Shown here: positions 27,158 through 36,520 of the stretch, one piece after another | Layout of the letters: each line of letters starts with the position of its first letter | How positions within the stretch are numbered: the stretch's first letter is position 1 | Source: Spirochaetia bacterium | GTDB taxonomy: Bacteria; Spirochaetota; Spirochaetia; SZUA-6; Bin103 | Assembly: GCA_965198005.1 (NCBI GenBank) | Contig: CBDAOI010000001.1 | Coordinates: 64,001-128,000, forward strand | Length of the DNA: 64,000 bases | Reading direction: 5' to 3' | Made by a program: the position numbers and the translations under genes | Notes under the pieces: model-generated | Told to the model about the DNA's origin: nothing | Databases searched by the model: none | What the model saw: the letters and a program-made list of their open reading frames with translations, nothing else

Positions 27158-28145
27158 ATGCGGGCGTATGTGATCAGGCGGGTACTGCTGGTGATCCCGA
27201 CCCTGTTCATCGTAACCGTCCTGGTGTTTCTCTCGGTTCGCTTCATTCCCGGCGACATCATCGACGTGATGATCGGCCGGATGAGCTTCGGAGCAGCAGG
27301 AAGCCTAGCTAGGCGTCACGATCGATGAGGAGGCTCTGAAGAGACGGCTCGGGCTCGATAAACCCGTCCACGTGCAGTACGCGAAGTGGATCGGTGACAT
27401 CGTCCTGCGCGGCACCCTCGGCCACTCGCTGTACAGCGGCTCGTCGGCCGGCACCACGGTGGAGGAGAAGCTCGCCGGCAGGGCCGGGGTCACGGTGGAG
27501 CTGGGGCTGCTGGCGATCCTCACCGGGCTCATCATCGCCGCGCCGATCGGCATCTACTCGGCGATTCGCCAGTACACGGTGGCCGACTACGCCGGCCGGG
27601 CGGTCGCCATCTTCGGCCTGGCGACCCCCAACTTCTGGCTGGGACTGATGGTGATGATCTACCCCGCCATCTGGTGGGGCTGGACGCCGCCGCTGACCCA
27701 CGTCGGCTTCTCCGAGGACCCCTGGGCCAATCTCGGCATTCTGATCGTTCCCGCCCTGATTCTGGGCACCTACCTGGCGGCGAGCACGATGCGCATGACG
27801 CGCACGATGATGCTGGAGGTGCTGCGCCAGGACTACGTGCGGACCGCCTGGGCCAAGGGCGTGGGGGAGCGGAGGGTGGTGCTGAGCCACGCGGTGAAGA
27901 ACGCGCTCATCCCGGTGGTGACCCTGGTGGCGCTGCAACTCCCCATCATCGCCGGCGGCTCGGTGATCATCGAGAACATCTTCAATCTGCCGGGGCTCGG
28001 GCGCCTGATGCTGACCGCCCTCAACGAGCGCGACTACCCGGTGGTTTCCGGCATCAACCTGCTGTTCGCCTCGGTGGTGGTGGTGATCAACCTCGGCACC
28101 GACCTGACCTACGCGCTGCTGGACCCGCGGGTGCGCTATGAGTGA
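27158..28145 (+). pseudogene. DppB-like permease, unit 4, frameshifted by a CTAG duplication
   Basis: CTAGCTAG at 27305-27312; removing 4 bp gives one 328-codon ORF. Confidence 0.9.
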
Positions 28146-29262
28146 GCCGGTGCCGGGCGATGCGGCCGGGGCCGGCCGCGCAGGCCGAGGCGCAGGCGGA
28201 GGCGCAGGCGCAGGCGGAGGCGCAGGCGCAGGCGGAGGCGGAGACGCAGGCCGTGGCGCAGGCGCCCGCGGTGGTGGCGGACCAAGCGGAGGCACCCGTG
28301 GCGGCCCAAGCGGAGGCACCCGTGGCGGACCCTCCGCGGCGGGCGCTCCTGCACCGGCGCGCCGGCGACCGGTGGCCAGCTTCCTCTCGCGGTTGCTGAA
28401 GGAGCAGCCGCTGGGAGCCGTTGGCGCCCTCATCGTGCTGGCGTTGGTGTTCATCACCATCTTCGCCGCGCAGCTCGCGCCCTACGAATTCGACCGCGGC
28501 CGGGTGCAGGACCGGATGCAGGGTCCGTCGGCCGCGCACCTGCTGGGCACCGACCACGTTGGCCGCGACTTCCTGAGCCGCCTCATCATCGGCGCGCGCC
28601 TGTCGATCACGGTCGGGTTGGCGGCGACGTCGCTGAACGTGATCGTCGCGCTGCTGATCGGCGGCACCACCGGCTTCGTCGGCGGCCGGCTCGACATCTA
28701 CGCGCAGCGGTTCGTGGATGCGTGGATGTCGTTTCCGGGGCTGCTGTTGCTGCTCACCATCATGTCGATCGCCGGCCGCGGCGTGGTGCAGATCATCGTC
28801 GTGCTCGGGGTGGCCGGCGGCATTCCCGCGTCGCGGGTGGTGCGCGGCGCGGTGATCGGGGTCAAGGAGAACGCCTACTTCCAGGCCGCGCAGGCGACCG
28901 GCGCCCGCACGCTGCGCACGCTCGTCCGTCACGTGCTGCCCAACATCGCGGCGCCGCTGATCGTCGTGTTCAGCATCAACGTCGGCGGCGTGATCATCGC
29001 CGAGGCGTCGCTGAGCTTCCTCGGCTTCGGCCTGCCGGCGACCGTTCCGAGCTGGGGCGGCATGCTGAGCCGCGAGGGCCGCCAGTACATGGAGATTGCA
29101 CCGCGGCTGGCGCTGTGGCCGGGCCTGTGCCTGACGGTGACCGTCTACGCCCTCAACCTGTTCGGCGACGCGGTGCGCGACCTGCTGGACCCGCGGCTAC
29201 GCGGCGCCGCCGGCCGCTACGGGGGCGGGCGCCGCCCACGCCGCACGCCGCGCCGCGGCTGA
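28138..29262 (+). CDS. DppC-like permease with Gly/Ala-rich N-terminal tail, unit 4
   Basis: Close paralog of unit 3. Confidence 0.93.
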   Translation: MSEPVPGDAAGAGRAGRGAGGGAGAGGGAGAGGGGDAGRGAGARGGGGPSGGTRGGPSGGTRGGPSAAGAPAPARRRPVASFLSRLLKEQPLGAVGALIVLALVFITIFAAQLAPYEFDRGRVQDRMQGPSAAHLLGTDHVGRDFLSRLIIGARLSITVGLAATSLNVIVALLIGGTTGFVGGRLDIYAQRFVDAWMSFPGLLLLLTIMSIAGRGVVQIIVVLGVAGGIPASRVVRGAVIGVKENAYFQAAQATGARTLRTLVRHVLPNIAAPLIVVFSINVGGVIIAEASLSFLGFGLPATVPSWGGMLSREGRQYMEIAPRLALWPGLCLTVTVYALNLFGDAVRDLLDPRLRGAAGRYGGGRRPRRTPRRG

Positions 29263-29279
29263 GCAGTCGCCCGGCCTGC

Positions 29280-29330
29280 TGGCGCTGGCGGAGGCGGTGT
29301 TCCACTTCGAGCGTTTCATGGCGGCGACCG
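29280..29330 (+). pseudogene. RES toxin fragment
   Basis: 49 of 51 nt match 11103-11153. Confidence 0.85.
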
Positions 29331-29436
29331 GGACGGCCGTCGGGTGGCTCCGCTCCTCGTCCGGAAGCTGCTCAGGCGTATCGATCATCCGGAGTTGCCG
29401 TTGTACCTGTCTGGCGGTCATGGCGACCGTCCAGCT

Positions 29437-29574
29437 CTACCAGAGGATCGACACCGGATAGCCCTTGACGAGCGGGTCCGGCGTAACCAGAGAGCAACCC
29501 ATAATCGCCTGGGCAACCAGGATGCGGTCATCGACCAACCAAAGGAACGTGCAGGTATCCAGCAGCAGGCGCAC
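29437..29574 (-). pseudogene. PIN/VapC toxin collapsed to 45 aa
   Basis: VRLLLDTCTFLWLVD joined to DRILVAQAIMGCSLVTPDPLVKGYPVSILW*. Confidence 0.8.
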
Positions 29575-29627
29575 GCCCACCGTACGGTTAGGCGCGCACC
29601 AGGGCGGTTGATCGATACCGCGTCGTG

Positions 29628-29761
29628 CGCCAGTACATGGAGTGGCGCCGCGCTTGGCGATCTGGCCGGGCCTGTGCCTGACGATCGTGGTCTACAGCAT
29701 CAACATGTTCGGCGACGCGCTACGCGACCTGCTCGACCCCCGGCTGCGCGGCAGCGTCTGA
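29628..29761 (+). pseudogene. orphan dppC 3' end
   Basis: RQYME..LAIWPGLCLTIVVYSINMFGDALRDLLDPRLRGSV*; near-identical to the 7279-7390 piece. Confidence 0.9.
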
Positions 29762-29771
29762 CCGCGACTCC

Positions 29772-30149
29772 CTATCCGTGCCGCGTGGCGCCAGCACTCG
29801 CGTGTAGGCGGGTCAGGGCCGTGACGAGGTGTTGGTTGAGGCTCACACCCTCGTCTTCGGCCGCGCTCGCCAGCGCTCGATGCAGGCTTCTGGGAATGCG
29901 CAGCGTAACGCGGCCACTGAACTCATCCTGCGGGCTGGTCGGGGGCGGGAACGGCCGGTCGGTCTCGGCAAACATCGCGGCTGCCGTCTCGATGGTGTCG
30001 ATGGTCAGATCGTAGGCTGCCTGTGCGGACTCCGCATATTCCCGAACGTCCGGCAGCTCCTTGACGCGAGCCTCGAACAGTGGTTCGCCTTCGAACACGA
30101 ACTCCCGCACCGTGATGTTGTACGCATACGGGTTGAGTCTCTTCATCAC
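29772..30149 (-). CDS. HicB-family antitoxin
   Basis: ARVKELPDV, FSGRVTLRIPRSLHRALASAAEDEGVSLNQ. Confidence 0.9.
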   Translation of the reverse strand: MMKRLNPYAYNITVREFVFEGEPLFEARVKELPDVREYAESAQAAYDLTIDTIETAAAMFAETDRPFPPPTSPQDEFSGRVTLRIPRSLHRALASAAEDEGVSLNQHLVTALTRLHASAGATRHG

Positions 30150-30442
30150 TTCTGACCTCCCGGCAGTTTCTGCAAGTCATCCGCATGGGACGCGAGCAAC
30201 GAGCGGATACTCGCCACGTACACCGGCTTGACCTGCGGGTTTTTCCCATGGCCGCAAGAAAAGGCGGCCGACGTAAAGACATCCAGCCCCGGATGGGTGA
30301 TGACCTTGTGGCCCTGCCTTCGGCCATCGCGGACGGAAAAGCCGAGCCCGGTCAGCAACCGGATCATCGCGTCGCACCGAATACGCGCGCCGGTGGACAG
30401 ATAGGCGATGGCAGCGTGGACACCCGGTCCAACCCCCGGCAT
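30146..30442 (-). CDS. HicA-like toxin
   Basis: LLTGLGFSVRDGRRQGHKVITHP..VKPVYV; overlaps hicB; operator-like ATGACAC-N8-GTGTCAT at 30441-30462. Confidence 0.8.
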   Translation of the reverse strand: MPGVGPGVHAAIAYLSTGARIRCDAMIRLLTGLGFSVRDGRRQGHKVITHPGLDVFTSAAFSCGHGKNPQVKPVYVASIRSLLASHADDLQKLPGGQK

Positions 30443-30471
30443 GACACCATATATAGTGTCATACGTGTCTT

Positions 30472-30799
30472 CGGTCCACCCGCCGGCGCCCCAGGCACTG
30501 CTCGTGACCGAGGGTGCCGCCCTCGCTGTTCGGTCCCTGCGAATCGCAGGCATACCGCGAGAGTCGGCGCGGGCTGGAGGTGCTGCGCCAGGACAGCTGA
30601 TAGTGGTCCTGCCATGCTCAGCCGCGAAGGGCGTGAGTACATGCAGCAGGCGCCATGGCTGGCGCTCTGGCCGGGCCTGTGCCTGACGATCGTGGTCTAC
30701 AGTCTGAACATGTTCGGCGATGCGGTGCGGGACCTGCTCGACCCGCGGCTCAGGGGTGGTGGGGGACGTCTCGGTGCCGCTGCCGCCGGGTCGGTCTAG
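30472..30799 (+). pseudogene. collapsed ABC unit (leader + dppB piece + two dppC pieces)
   Basis: 30472-30574 matches leader 18923-19025; 30573-30594 is dppB LEVLRQD; then QLIVVL; then MLSREG..LDPRLRG. Confidence 0.85.
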
Positions 30800-30965
30800 C
30801 GCCTCCTGCAGGTGCTCCGTGACAGTCGTTTCTGCGCGGTGGGCGGCTGCATCGCCCGCGGCCGGCGCTCGGTCACCGCTTTGCCGCGCCGGGGAGGGGA
30901 TAATCGGGATCGACTCGTTGACAGATGCACTTGGCGGCCCGATACTCGTCATTGAGAATGACCAC

Positions 30966-31619
30966 ATGGACACCACGGTTGCCGCGCGACATTACCGGGG
31001 ACTCCGCATCGTCACGTCCGACGACTGCACGGTGGCTGACCTGTCGGCGCTGCAGCGGTTCTGGACCGAAGCGCAGTACCTGACGCTGACCAACCACAGT
31101 CATCGTCTGATCGAGTTCACCGACGGCTGCATCGAGATCCTGCCCATGCCTACCCAACGACACCAAGCGATTTCGCGGTTCCTGTTCCTGGCATTGGTTG
31201 CGGCCGTTCGCAACCGCGGAGGGGACGTGTTCTACGCTCCGCTGCGTCTGCGGATTCGCAACGGCAAGTTCCGCGAGCCGGACATCATGCTCGTCCGCAA
31301 GGCCGGAGACCCGCGCTGTCGCGATGACTTCTGGATCGGCGCCGACCTGGTCATGGAGGTGGTGAGTCCTGACGATCCGTACCGCGACCTCGTCGAGAAG
31401 CGCATCGACTACGCGGAGGCGGGCATTCCCGAATACTGGATCGTCAATCCCATCGACGACACGGTGACCGTGCTCGTCCTCGGCGACGGCGAATACCGGG
31501 AGCACGGCGTGTTCCGCGCGGGCGCGTACGCCGATTCGCCAAACCTGCCCGACGTCTCGATTTCCGTAAGCGACACGTTCGAAGCGGCACTGCCGCGTCA
31601 CCACGGCGCATCGCCATAG
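30966..31619 (+). CDS. Uma2-family endonuclease
   Basis: REPDI, ADLVMEVVSP, KRIDYAEAGIPEYWIV. Confidence 0.92.
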   Translation: MDTTVAARHYRGLRIVTSDDCTVADLSALQRFWTEAQYLTLTNHSHRLIEFTDGCIEILPMPTQRHQAISRFLFLALVAAVRNRGGDVFYAPLRLRIRNGKFREPDIMLVRKAGDPRCRDDFWIGADLVMEVVSPDDPYRDLVEKRIDYAEAGIPEYWIVNPIDDTVTVLVLGDGEYREHGVFRAGAYADSPNLPDVSISVSDTFEAALPRHHGASP

Positions 31620-31691
31620 TGGCGTGCTCAACCGTCGCCCACGTCCGGATTCGCTTGACACCCGGCGCGGCCGGGGCCAGGCTGCCTGACC

Positions 31692-32654
31692 ATGCCTGGA
31701 TTGTTTGACCTGCCGCTGGCAGAGCTGCGCAGCTACCGCGGGCGCAACCCGCGGCCGGCGGACTTCGACGCCTACTGGGAACGCGCGCTGGCGGAGCTGG
31801 ACGCGGTGGCCCCTGCGGTACAGTTGGAACCGGCCGTGTTTCAGGTGCCGTGCGCGCGTTGCGACCACCTGTACTTCAGCGGCGTTGGCGGTGCGCGGGT
31901 GCACGCCAAGCTGCTGCGGCCGGCGGCGGTTGGCGCGCCCGGGCGGGCGCTGGTCAACTTCCACGGCTACACCGGCCGCTCCCCCGACTGGTCGAGCCTG
32001 CTCGGCTACGTGGCGGCGGGCTTCACCGTGGCCGCACTCGACTGCCGTGGCCAGGGCGGACTGTCCGAGGATGCCGGCGGGGTGCGCGGCAACACCCTGT
32101 ACGGGCACATCATTCGCGGCCTGGCGGACGGGGCGGACAAGCTGCTGTACCGGCAGATCTTCCTCGACACGGTGCGGCTGGCGCGCCTCGTGATGGAACT
32201 CGACGAGGTGGACCCGGAACGGGTCGGGGCGACCGGCGCCTCACAGGGCGGCGGCCTGACTCTGGCCTGCGCGGCGCTCGAGCCGCGGATCAAGCGGGCG
32301 GCGCCGATTTACCCGTTCCTGTGCGACTACCTGCGGGTGTGGGAGATGGACCAGGCGCAGAACGCGTACCGGGAGCTGAGCGGGTTCTTTCGCATGTTCG
32401 ACCCCACCCACGCCAACCAGGATGCCTACTTCGAGCGGCTGGGGTATATCGACGTCCAGCACCTGGCCGGCCGGATCCAGGCGGAGGTGTTGATGGCGAC
32501 CGGGTTGATGGATCAGGTGTGTCCGCCGTCGACCCAGTTCGCGGCCTACAACAGGATCACGGCCCCCAAGCGGCTGGTGATCTACCCCGACTTCGAGCAC
32601 GAGGCGCTGCCCGAGTTCGGCGATCAGACGCTGCAGTTCATGCTCGGGCTGTAG
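31692..32654 (+). CDS. acetylxylan esterase / cephalosporin-C deacetylase (CE7)
   Basis: PADFDAYW, DCRGQGG, GASQGG, DQVCPPSTQFAAYN, HE. Confidence 0.93.
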   Translation: MPGLFDLPLAELRSYRGRNPRPADFDAYWERALAELDAVAPAVQLEPAVFQVPCARCDHLYFSGVGGARVHAKLLRPAAVGAPGRALVNFHGYTGRSPDWSSLLGYVAAGFTVAALDCRGQGGLSEDAGGVRGNTLYGHIIRGLADGADKLLYRQIFLDTVRLARLVMELDEVDPERVGATGASQGGGLTLACAALEPRIKRAAPIYPFLCDYLRVWEMDQAQNAYRELSGFFRMFDPTHANQDAYFERLGYIDVQHLAGRIQAEVLMATGLMDQVCPPSTQFAAYNRITAPKRLVIYPDFEHEALPEFGDQTLQFMLGL

Positions 32655-34596
32655 TGAGCCAGCGGACGTCGTAGGGCATCAGTCGCTGGTTCCAGAGGGG
32701 TCCTGCCGGCAGCCATAATTCGGCACCGGTGATCAGTTCGCGCACGCGGCGGCCGCGGAACAGGGCCGTATCGAGCGCCACCCATTGCGGTTCCGCCGAC
32801 ACATTGGTGACCGCCACCACCCGGCGGCGGGCGTTGCGGGCAACGACCGCCACCACCGCCGCCGGAGTGTCGAGCAGTTCCAGCGGCGGGCCGCCCGGCG
32901 CGAACGCCGGCTCGCTGGCACGCGCCGCGATCATGCGCAGCAACCGGGCCAGTACCCGCGCCAGCGGCGTGCGCGGATCGTCCAGCTCGGCGAACAGCGC
33001 CGCCTCGGCGAACTGCTCGCGGTTGATCGAGCGGTGCTCGTCGAGCTGCCCGGGGTCGAGCCGGTTGGGCACGCCGAGCAGGCCGTTGAGGTAGAACGCG
33101 GGCACCCCGCGCAGCATCAGGCCGAGCGCCGCGCACGCCGCGTAGCGGTCGATCTGCAGGGCAAGCTCCTCGCCGCCGTCGGGGCGGTTGAGCAGGCTCC
33201 AGGGCGTGGCGCACAGCTCGTAGACGATCCGCCCGCCGCCCGGCTGCCGGGCGTAGTTGGGCAGCGCGCGGTGCGCGGTCACCAGGGTATCGACCAGCCA
33301 CTCCAGATCCTGCTCCGGCAGCAGGCCGAGCAGCGGTTTGCGTCCCATCCCGTCGTGGCTGCCGAGCACGGTAATGAACTGGCGCCCGGCGAACGGCTCC
33401 AGGGTGCGCAGCCAGCGCTTGTAGTGGCTGCCGCCGCCGCTGAGCAGCGCGTGCACGGCCAGCGGAAAGTGGGCGAACTGGTACACCAGGTCAGACTCGG
33501 CCGCGTCGCCGGTACCCAGGTAGGGCAGGAGCGCGGCCTGGGGCTCGTTGACCTCGGCGATGGTGACCAGCTCCGGCGCGCCGGCCAGCGCGTCGCGCAG
33601 CACCTGCAGCAGGCGGTGGGTGTTGGGATGATGGAGACTCGGCGTGCCCAGCTCCTTCCACAGGTAGCCGGCCGCGTCCAGCCGCACCCAGTCCGCCCCG
33701 TGGCTGCGGTACTGCAGCAGCACCTCCAGCATCTCCAGCAGCACCCGCGGGTTGCGAAAGTTGAGGTCGACCTGGCGCGTGGCCGCGCTGCCGTCCGCGT
33801 TCGGCGCCCGCGAGAAAGTGGTCCACACCCAGCCGTCCGCCCGCCCGTCGGCCGCCGGCGTACCACCCGACCCCCCGTCAGAGGCGGCGCCGCGGTGCGG
33901 CTGGTCGCCGGCAGGCGCAGAGCCGCCAGGCGCGGTGTCACCAGCCACCGCGAACGTAGCGCGCTGCTGGCCGGCCTCCTCCTCCACGGTATAGCGGGTG
34001 AGCACGGGGTGCGGGCGCGGCCGGGCGAGCGCGGCCAGCGCGTCCACGTCCGGTTGCGTGCCGTCGTCGTAGCGGATCACGTAGTCGGCGTAGCGCGGGT
34101 CACCGGTGAGCGCCCCCTGCACCAGCGGGTTGTCCAGCGAAGCGTGGTTGATCACCAGATCGACCATCAGGTGGGTGAAGTCGGCCGCCAGCGCCTCGAC
34201 CTCGGCCCAGGTGCCGTTGCGCGGGTCGACCGCCCGGTAGTCGGTGACCGAAAACCCGCGGTCGGTGTCCCACGGGTAGAACGGCAGCAGGTGGAGGGTG
34301 TTGATCGCGCCTTTCAGGTAGCGGCGGGCGAACCGGCGCAGCGCGGCCAGCGGCGGGCCGCCGGCGTGCGGTCCCCCGGCCGACCGGATCGAGTCGGCGT
34401 AGGCGATCAGCGCGACGTCGCCGGCAGCCGGGATCCGTGCTCGGATGGTCGGCGGCCCGGTACCGGATAGCGGGGCTTGAGCCACGCCGTAGCGCTGCAA
34501 CAACACGCGGAGCGCTGCCACCGTTTCGTCGGCGCGAGCGGCGTACAGGTGCCTGAGGTTCGCGCGCAGGCGTTGGTCGGGACTCAGCACCGCCAA
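32638..34596 (-). CDS. GH13_18 sugar phosphorylase (sucrose/glucosylglycerate phosphorylase-like)
   Basis: LHLLPFYP..DRGF, DLVINHAS, RLDAAGYLWK, SHDGMG, RSINR; exact start uncertain. Confidence 0.85.
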   Translation of the reverse strand: MAVLSPDQRLRANLRHLYAARADETVAALRVLLQRYGVAQAPLSGTGPPTIRARIPAAGDVALIAYADSIRSAGGPHAGGPPLAALRRFARRYLKGAINTLHLLPFYPWDTDRGFSVTDYRAVDPRNGTWAEVEALAADFTHLMVDLVINHASLDNPLVQGALTGDPRYADYVIRYDDGTQPDVDALAALARPRPHPVLTRYTVEEEAGQQRATFAVAGDTAPGGSAPAGDQPHRGAASDGGSGGTPAADGRADGWVWTTFSRAPNADGSAATRQVDLNFRNPRVLLEMLEVLLQYRSHGADWVRLDAAGYLWKELGTPSLHHPNTHRLLQVLRDALAGAPELVTIAEVNEPQAALLPYLGTGDAAESDLVYQFAHFPLAVHALLSGGGSHYKRWLRTLEPFAGRQFITVLGSHDGMGRKPLLGLLPEQDLEWLVDTLVTAHRALPNYARQPGGGRIVYELCATPWSLLNRPDGGEELALQIDRYAACAALGLMLRGVPAFYLNGLLGVPNRLDPGQLDEHRSINREQFAEAALFAELDDPRTPLARVLARLLRMIAARASEPAFAPGGPPLELLDTPAAVVAVVARNARRRVVAVTNVSAEPQWVALDTALFRGRRVRELITGAELWLPAGPLWNQRLMPYDVRWLTTARA

Positions 34597-34646
34597 GCCC
34601 GTCTGGTACGCACGGCCGAAACTGCTATTGTGGCCGCGGCGGCACG

Positions 34647-35231
34647 ATGGAACTTACCCTGGTCCCGACCCTGGAGGTGCAACGCGACCTGTGTCGGATC
34701 GAGCGCGACGGCGACCGGTTTCGCGCCTATCTGGCGGCGATGGTCGGCGCTGGCGGCGAGCTGAAGCTGCCGCTGCCGCTGTTCAACCCGATGGCGCGCG
34801 AGCACGTCGCCGTGCTGCTCGACCGGTTGATCGTGGCCGGCGCCGAGGCCACCGCCGGGGAGGCGTTGCGGGCGGCAGAACCGCGGCTGGCGGCGGTCGG
34901 CGACGCGTTGCGGGTCGCGTTGGTGGTGGCGGACGACGCGGTGGGCGGCTGGACTGACCGCTACCTGTCCGACGAGCAGGTGCGGTTTCAGGGGCACGGT
35001 ATATTCCGCCGCGGCTGGGCGGTGGTTGCCCTGTGGAGCGGTGATCCGCCGCAGGCCGCCAGCGGCACGCACCTGGCGGCAGCCACGGCCGCGGCGGTGT
35101 GGAGATGCGCCTATCAGCGCAGCCACGGTGAGCCGAAGTCGCTGCGCCATCGCCTGCTGCAGGAGGGGTTGGCGGCGGCGTTCGGTCCCGCCACCGAGCT
35201 GGACTGGCAACCCGGCTGGCAAACCCACTGA
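34647..35231 (+). CDS. hypothetical protein
   Basis: Divergent ORF with host-like codon usage; may be truncated at the C-terminus. Confidence 0.6.
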   Translation: MELTLVPTLEVQRDLCRIERDGDRFRAYLAAMVGAGGELKLPLPLFNPMAREHVAVLLDRLIVAGAEATAGEALRAAEPRLAAVGDALRVALVVADDAVGGWTDRYLSDEQVRFQGHGIFRRGWAVVALWSGDPPQAASGTHLAAATAAAVWRCAYQRSHGEPKSLRHRLLQEGLAAAFGPATELDWQPGWQTH

Positions 35232-35398
35232 TCGCGGTTCGGCGCGGGGAGCGCGGCTGATCTGCCGACGCCGCCAAGTCGCTGGCTGCCGCTGCCCGCC
35301 CCCGCCGCCGTGGCGCTGCTGAGCGTGGCCGATCCGCGGACGCCGCCGGGCTGCTGGTGACGTTCGTGGTGTTCGAATCGCGCGCGGCCCGGGCTGGC

Positions 35399-36520
35399 TC
35401 ACGCCGGCTGCTCGTCCGCCGCGGCCGCAGCGACGCCGGGGTGCGCTCGGTGGCGGGCCGCCATTACCGCCGCCATCACTTGCCGCATGGCTTGCAGCGT
35501 CGCATCGACGTCGTCCGCTGCGATGCCGTAGTGGGTGACCATGCGCAGATCCGACTGTCCCGGGTTGATCAACACGCCGGCTGCGCGCAGGCGGTCGGCG
35601 ATCTCGAAGCCGCTGCCGGCCGGCACTCCGAACCGCACGATGTTGGTCTCGATCGCCGCCGGGTCCAGCTCCAGCCCGTCGATCTCGGCCAGACCGTACG
35701 CCAGCCGCCGGGCGTTGGCGTGATCGTCGGCCAGGCGGTCGATCATGGTCTCCAGCGCCACCAGGCCGGGCGCCGCCAGCACGCCCACCTGACGCATCCC
35801 GGAGCCGAGCATCTTGCGCCAGCGGGTGGCCTCGGCGATGAACGCACGCTTGCCGCAGACCACGCTGCCCACCGGGCAGGCCAGCCCCTTGGACAGGCAG
35901 AAGGTGACCGAATCCACCTCCGCCGCCAGCTCGGCGGCGCTCACCCCGCACGCCACGGCGGCGTTGAACAGACGCGCGCCGTCGAGATGTACGCGCAGTC
36001 CCGCGGCATGGCCGGCCGCGGCCAGCTCGCGAGTGCGGGCTACGGTCAGAGCGCGGCCGGAACTGGCGTTGTGGGTATTTTCGAGGCAGAGCAGGCGGGT
36101 GCGCGGTTGATGGTAGTCGCTGCCCTTGACCGCCGCCGTGACCTGCTGCGGCTCGAACCCGCCGTCCGCCGCGGCCGGCAGCGGTGCGATCACCACCCCA
36201 CCCAGCACCGACGCCCCGCCCGCCTCGTTGACCTGGACGTGGGAGCTGTCACCGACCAGAATCTCCTCACCGCGCGCCACCTGGGCCAGGATCGACACCA
36301 GGTTGCCCTGGGTGCCGGCGGTCACGAACAGCCCCGCCTCCTTGCCGAGCATGGCCGCCGCGGTTTCCTGCAGGCGGAGCACGGTGGGATCGTCGCCGTA
36401 GACGTCGTCGCCCACCTCGGCCGCGTACATCGCCTGCCGCATCGCCGGCGTCGGCAAGGTCACCGTGTCGCTGCGCAGGTCGATCACGCCAGCACCCGAA
36501 CCACCCGAACCACCCTTCAT
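35399..36520 (-). CDS. ltaE: low-specificity L-threonine aldolase
   Basis: IDLRSDTVT, GDDVYGDDPT, LENTHN, HLDGARLFNA, CLSKGL. Confidence 0.93.
   Translation of the reverse strand: MKGGSGGSGAGVIDLRSDTVTLPTPAMRQAMYAAEVGDDVYGDDPTVLRLQETAAAMLGKEAGLFVTAGTQGNLVSILAQVARGEEILVGDSSHVQVNEAGGASVLGGVVIAPLPAAADGGFEPQQVTAAVKGSDYHQPRTRLLCLENTHNASSGRALTVARTRELAAAGHAAGLRVHLDGARLFNAAVACGVSAAELAAEVDSVTFCLSKGLACPVGSVVCGKRAFIAEATRWRKMLGSGMRQVGVLAAPGLVALETMIDRLADDHANARRLAYGLAEIDGLELDPAAIETNIVRFGVPAGSGFEIADRLRAAGVLINPGQSDLRMVTHYGIAADDVDATLQAMRQVMAAVMAARHRAHPGVAAAAADEQPA

Noticed and set aside
30146-30976. 276-aa HicA-containing ORF
   Set aside because: The upstream part is antisense to the collapsed ABC remnant; the likely start is 30442, next to the operator-like palindrome.
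967-31619. Classical integron
   Set aside because: No IntI and no attC-like pattern recognised; the only tyrosine-recombinase sequence is a short RIT-like C-terminal fragment.
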